This document shows, one piece after another, positions 37,297 to 38,306 of a stretch of 38,306 nucleotides of DNA (position 1 is its first letter; each line of letters starts with the position of its first letter). The stretch is from Dehalococcoidaceae bacterium (GTDB lineage Bacteria; Chloroflexota; Dehalococcoidia; Dehalococcoidales; CSSed11-197): contig JAFGLQ010000119.1 of the NCBI GenBank assembly GCA_016928015.1, positions 1 through 38,306 on the forward strand, given 5' to 3'. The translations under genes were made by a program, and so were the position numbers. Under the pieces are notes generated by a model. It was given only the letters and a program-made list of their open reading frames with translations, was not told the origin of the DNA and did no database searches.

Positions 37297-38166
37297 TTAT
37301 ACCACCTGCGGCCGGTTATACCTCATCACAATGTAAATCCCCCCCAGTATAATTAGCCCTCCAATGATTTCTACCGGCCTTGGAATCTCGCCCAGGACAG
37401 CCCAGCCGAGTAATGCTGCTCCCGCCGGTTCTCCCAATATGGCAATGGAAACGACTGTAGCCGGTATCATGCGTACCGCGAGATTTAAGCAGCTGTGTCC
37501 GATCAGTTGCGGCACAAGCGCAATAAGTACCAGCATGGCATATGTTGGCAGTGAATACCCGGTCATTTCTTTGCCGGCTGCAATTACCGAACCGGCCAGA
37601 ATAACAGCGCTTACCGCATAGACGGTTGTAAGATATTTCAGAGCTGGTAATTTGTCTTTCAGATGCCTTCCTGTGACCAGATAGGCTCCCATTGCCATGC
37701 CCGCAACAAGTGCCATAACATTACCCTTAAGCGCCGTTGAGCCAAAATCAAAACTTCCATGGTTTATAACAAGAACGCCTGCAAATGCTATAAAAATCCC
37801 CAGCACGCTCGCCCTGCCCGGTTTTTCCTTAAATAATATAAATGAAAACAAAACTACAAAAGCGGGGTGGGCGGTAACCAGAACTACCGAACTGGCAATA
37901 GTGGTGTATTCCAGGGAAGTGATCCATAAAGCAAAATGTATCGAAAGAAATATACCGGCGAAAATAACGTAAATTATATCCGTCCTTTTAAGATTCTCAG
38001 GCATCGTTGAACGCCGTTTTATAAATACCGGTACCAGCAACATGGCGGCAAGCGTCATTCTATAGGCGGCAATAACCAGAGAAGGAGCATCGGCAAGGCG
38101 GATAAAAACGGCTGCAAATGAAATCGCAATTACACCGGTTGCCAGAATCAGGTACGCTTTTTTCAT
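37297..38166 (-). CDS. EamA/DMT-family transporter
   Basis: Ten hydrophobic segments; SLEYTTIA, KEK and GEP motifs. Start is ATG 38166 or 38190. Confidence 0.9.
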   Translation of the reverse strand: MKKAYLILATGVIAISFAAVFIRLADAPSLVIAAYRMTLAAMLLVPVFIKRRSTMPENLKRTDIIYVIFAGIFLSIHFALWITSLEYTTIASSVVLVTAHPAFVVLFSFILFKEKPGRASVLGIFIAFAGVLVINHGSFDFGSTALKGNVMALVAGMAMGAYLVTGRHLKDKLPALKYLTTVYAVSAVILAGSVIAAGKEMTGYSLPTYAMLVLIALVPQLIGHSCLNLAVRMIPATVVSIAILGEPAGAALLGWAVLGEIPRPVEIIGGLIILGGIYIVMRYNRPQVV

Positions 38167-38257
38167 TTTTCTTGTACCAGCATACGTCAAATTCTACCGA
38201 GTGGCAATATAACTTGAATGTGTTCTGAAAAGTTATGCAAAAGTTCAGAAACATATT

Positions 38258-38288
38258 GGACTCCCGGGGAGGTGATCTTGGGGAGTCT
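38258..38288. other. GC-rich hairpin near the right edge (possible terminator or leader)
   Basis: GGACTCCC...GGGAGTCT arms enclosing GGGA/TCTT; context is truncated by the window end. Confidence 0.4.
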
Positions 38289-38306
38289 TTGCAGTGAAAC
38301 AGATCT

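Noticed and set aside
38223-38250. TTCTGAA-N14-TTCAGAA inverted repeat as an operator
   Set aside because: Short and AT-rich, at the window edge, with no second copy seen; cannot be distinguished from chance.
1-38306. CRISPR arrays, tRNA/rRNA genes, IS elements, and the many short overlapping ORFs in the track
   Set aside because: Intergenic gaps are short, with no repeat-spacer or cloverleaf patterns and no transposase. The short ORFs overlap well-supported genes and lack motifs.

Overview
Gene-dense chromosomal window, most likely from a Dehalococcoidia (Chloroflexota) bacterium. This is inferred from gene content (class V FBP aldolase/phosphatase, EF-G2, xerD-pcm linkage, dnaN without dnaA, archaeal-like tubulin homologue), not from a database search. 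Most of it is housekeeping: mobB, NDP-sugar pyrophosphorylase, acs, prfA-prmC, EF-G2, pcm, xerD, uvrC, cobO-fbp-rdgB, dnaN, recN, a flavin disulfide reductase, a complete Dpp/Opp peptide ABC transporter, an M29 aminopeptidase, and LysE and EamA transporters. No rRNA, tRNA, CRISPR or IS element was seen. Two things stand out. (1) The two ORFs at 19366-19674 and 19684-20178 are one reading frame broken by a TGA exactly at the rhodanese catalytic Cys position and followed by a bacterial SECIS-like hairpin. This suggests a hidden lipid-anchored selenoprotein (rhodanese + Ser/Thr/Pro linker + Ig/CARDB-like domain). Its 3' end has a cluster of in-frame TGAs (C-T-*-G-*-G-T-W-*) and a second G-loop hairpin, possibly a multi-Sec tail. 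(2) A tubulin-superfamily GTPase with archaeal CetZ-like rather than FtsZ-like motifs converges on a 572-aa Ala-rich coiled-coil protein with a regular 25-residue repeat, and a second Ala-rich coiled-coil protein lies about 11 kb away. Together they are a candidate undescribed bacterial cell-shape/cytoskeletal system.
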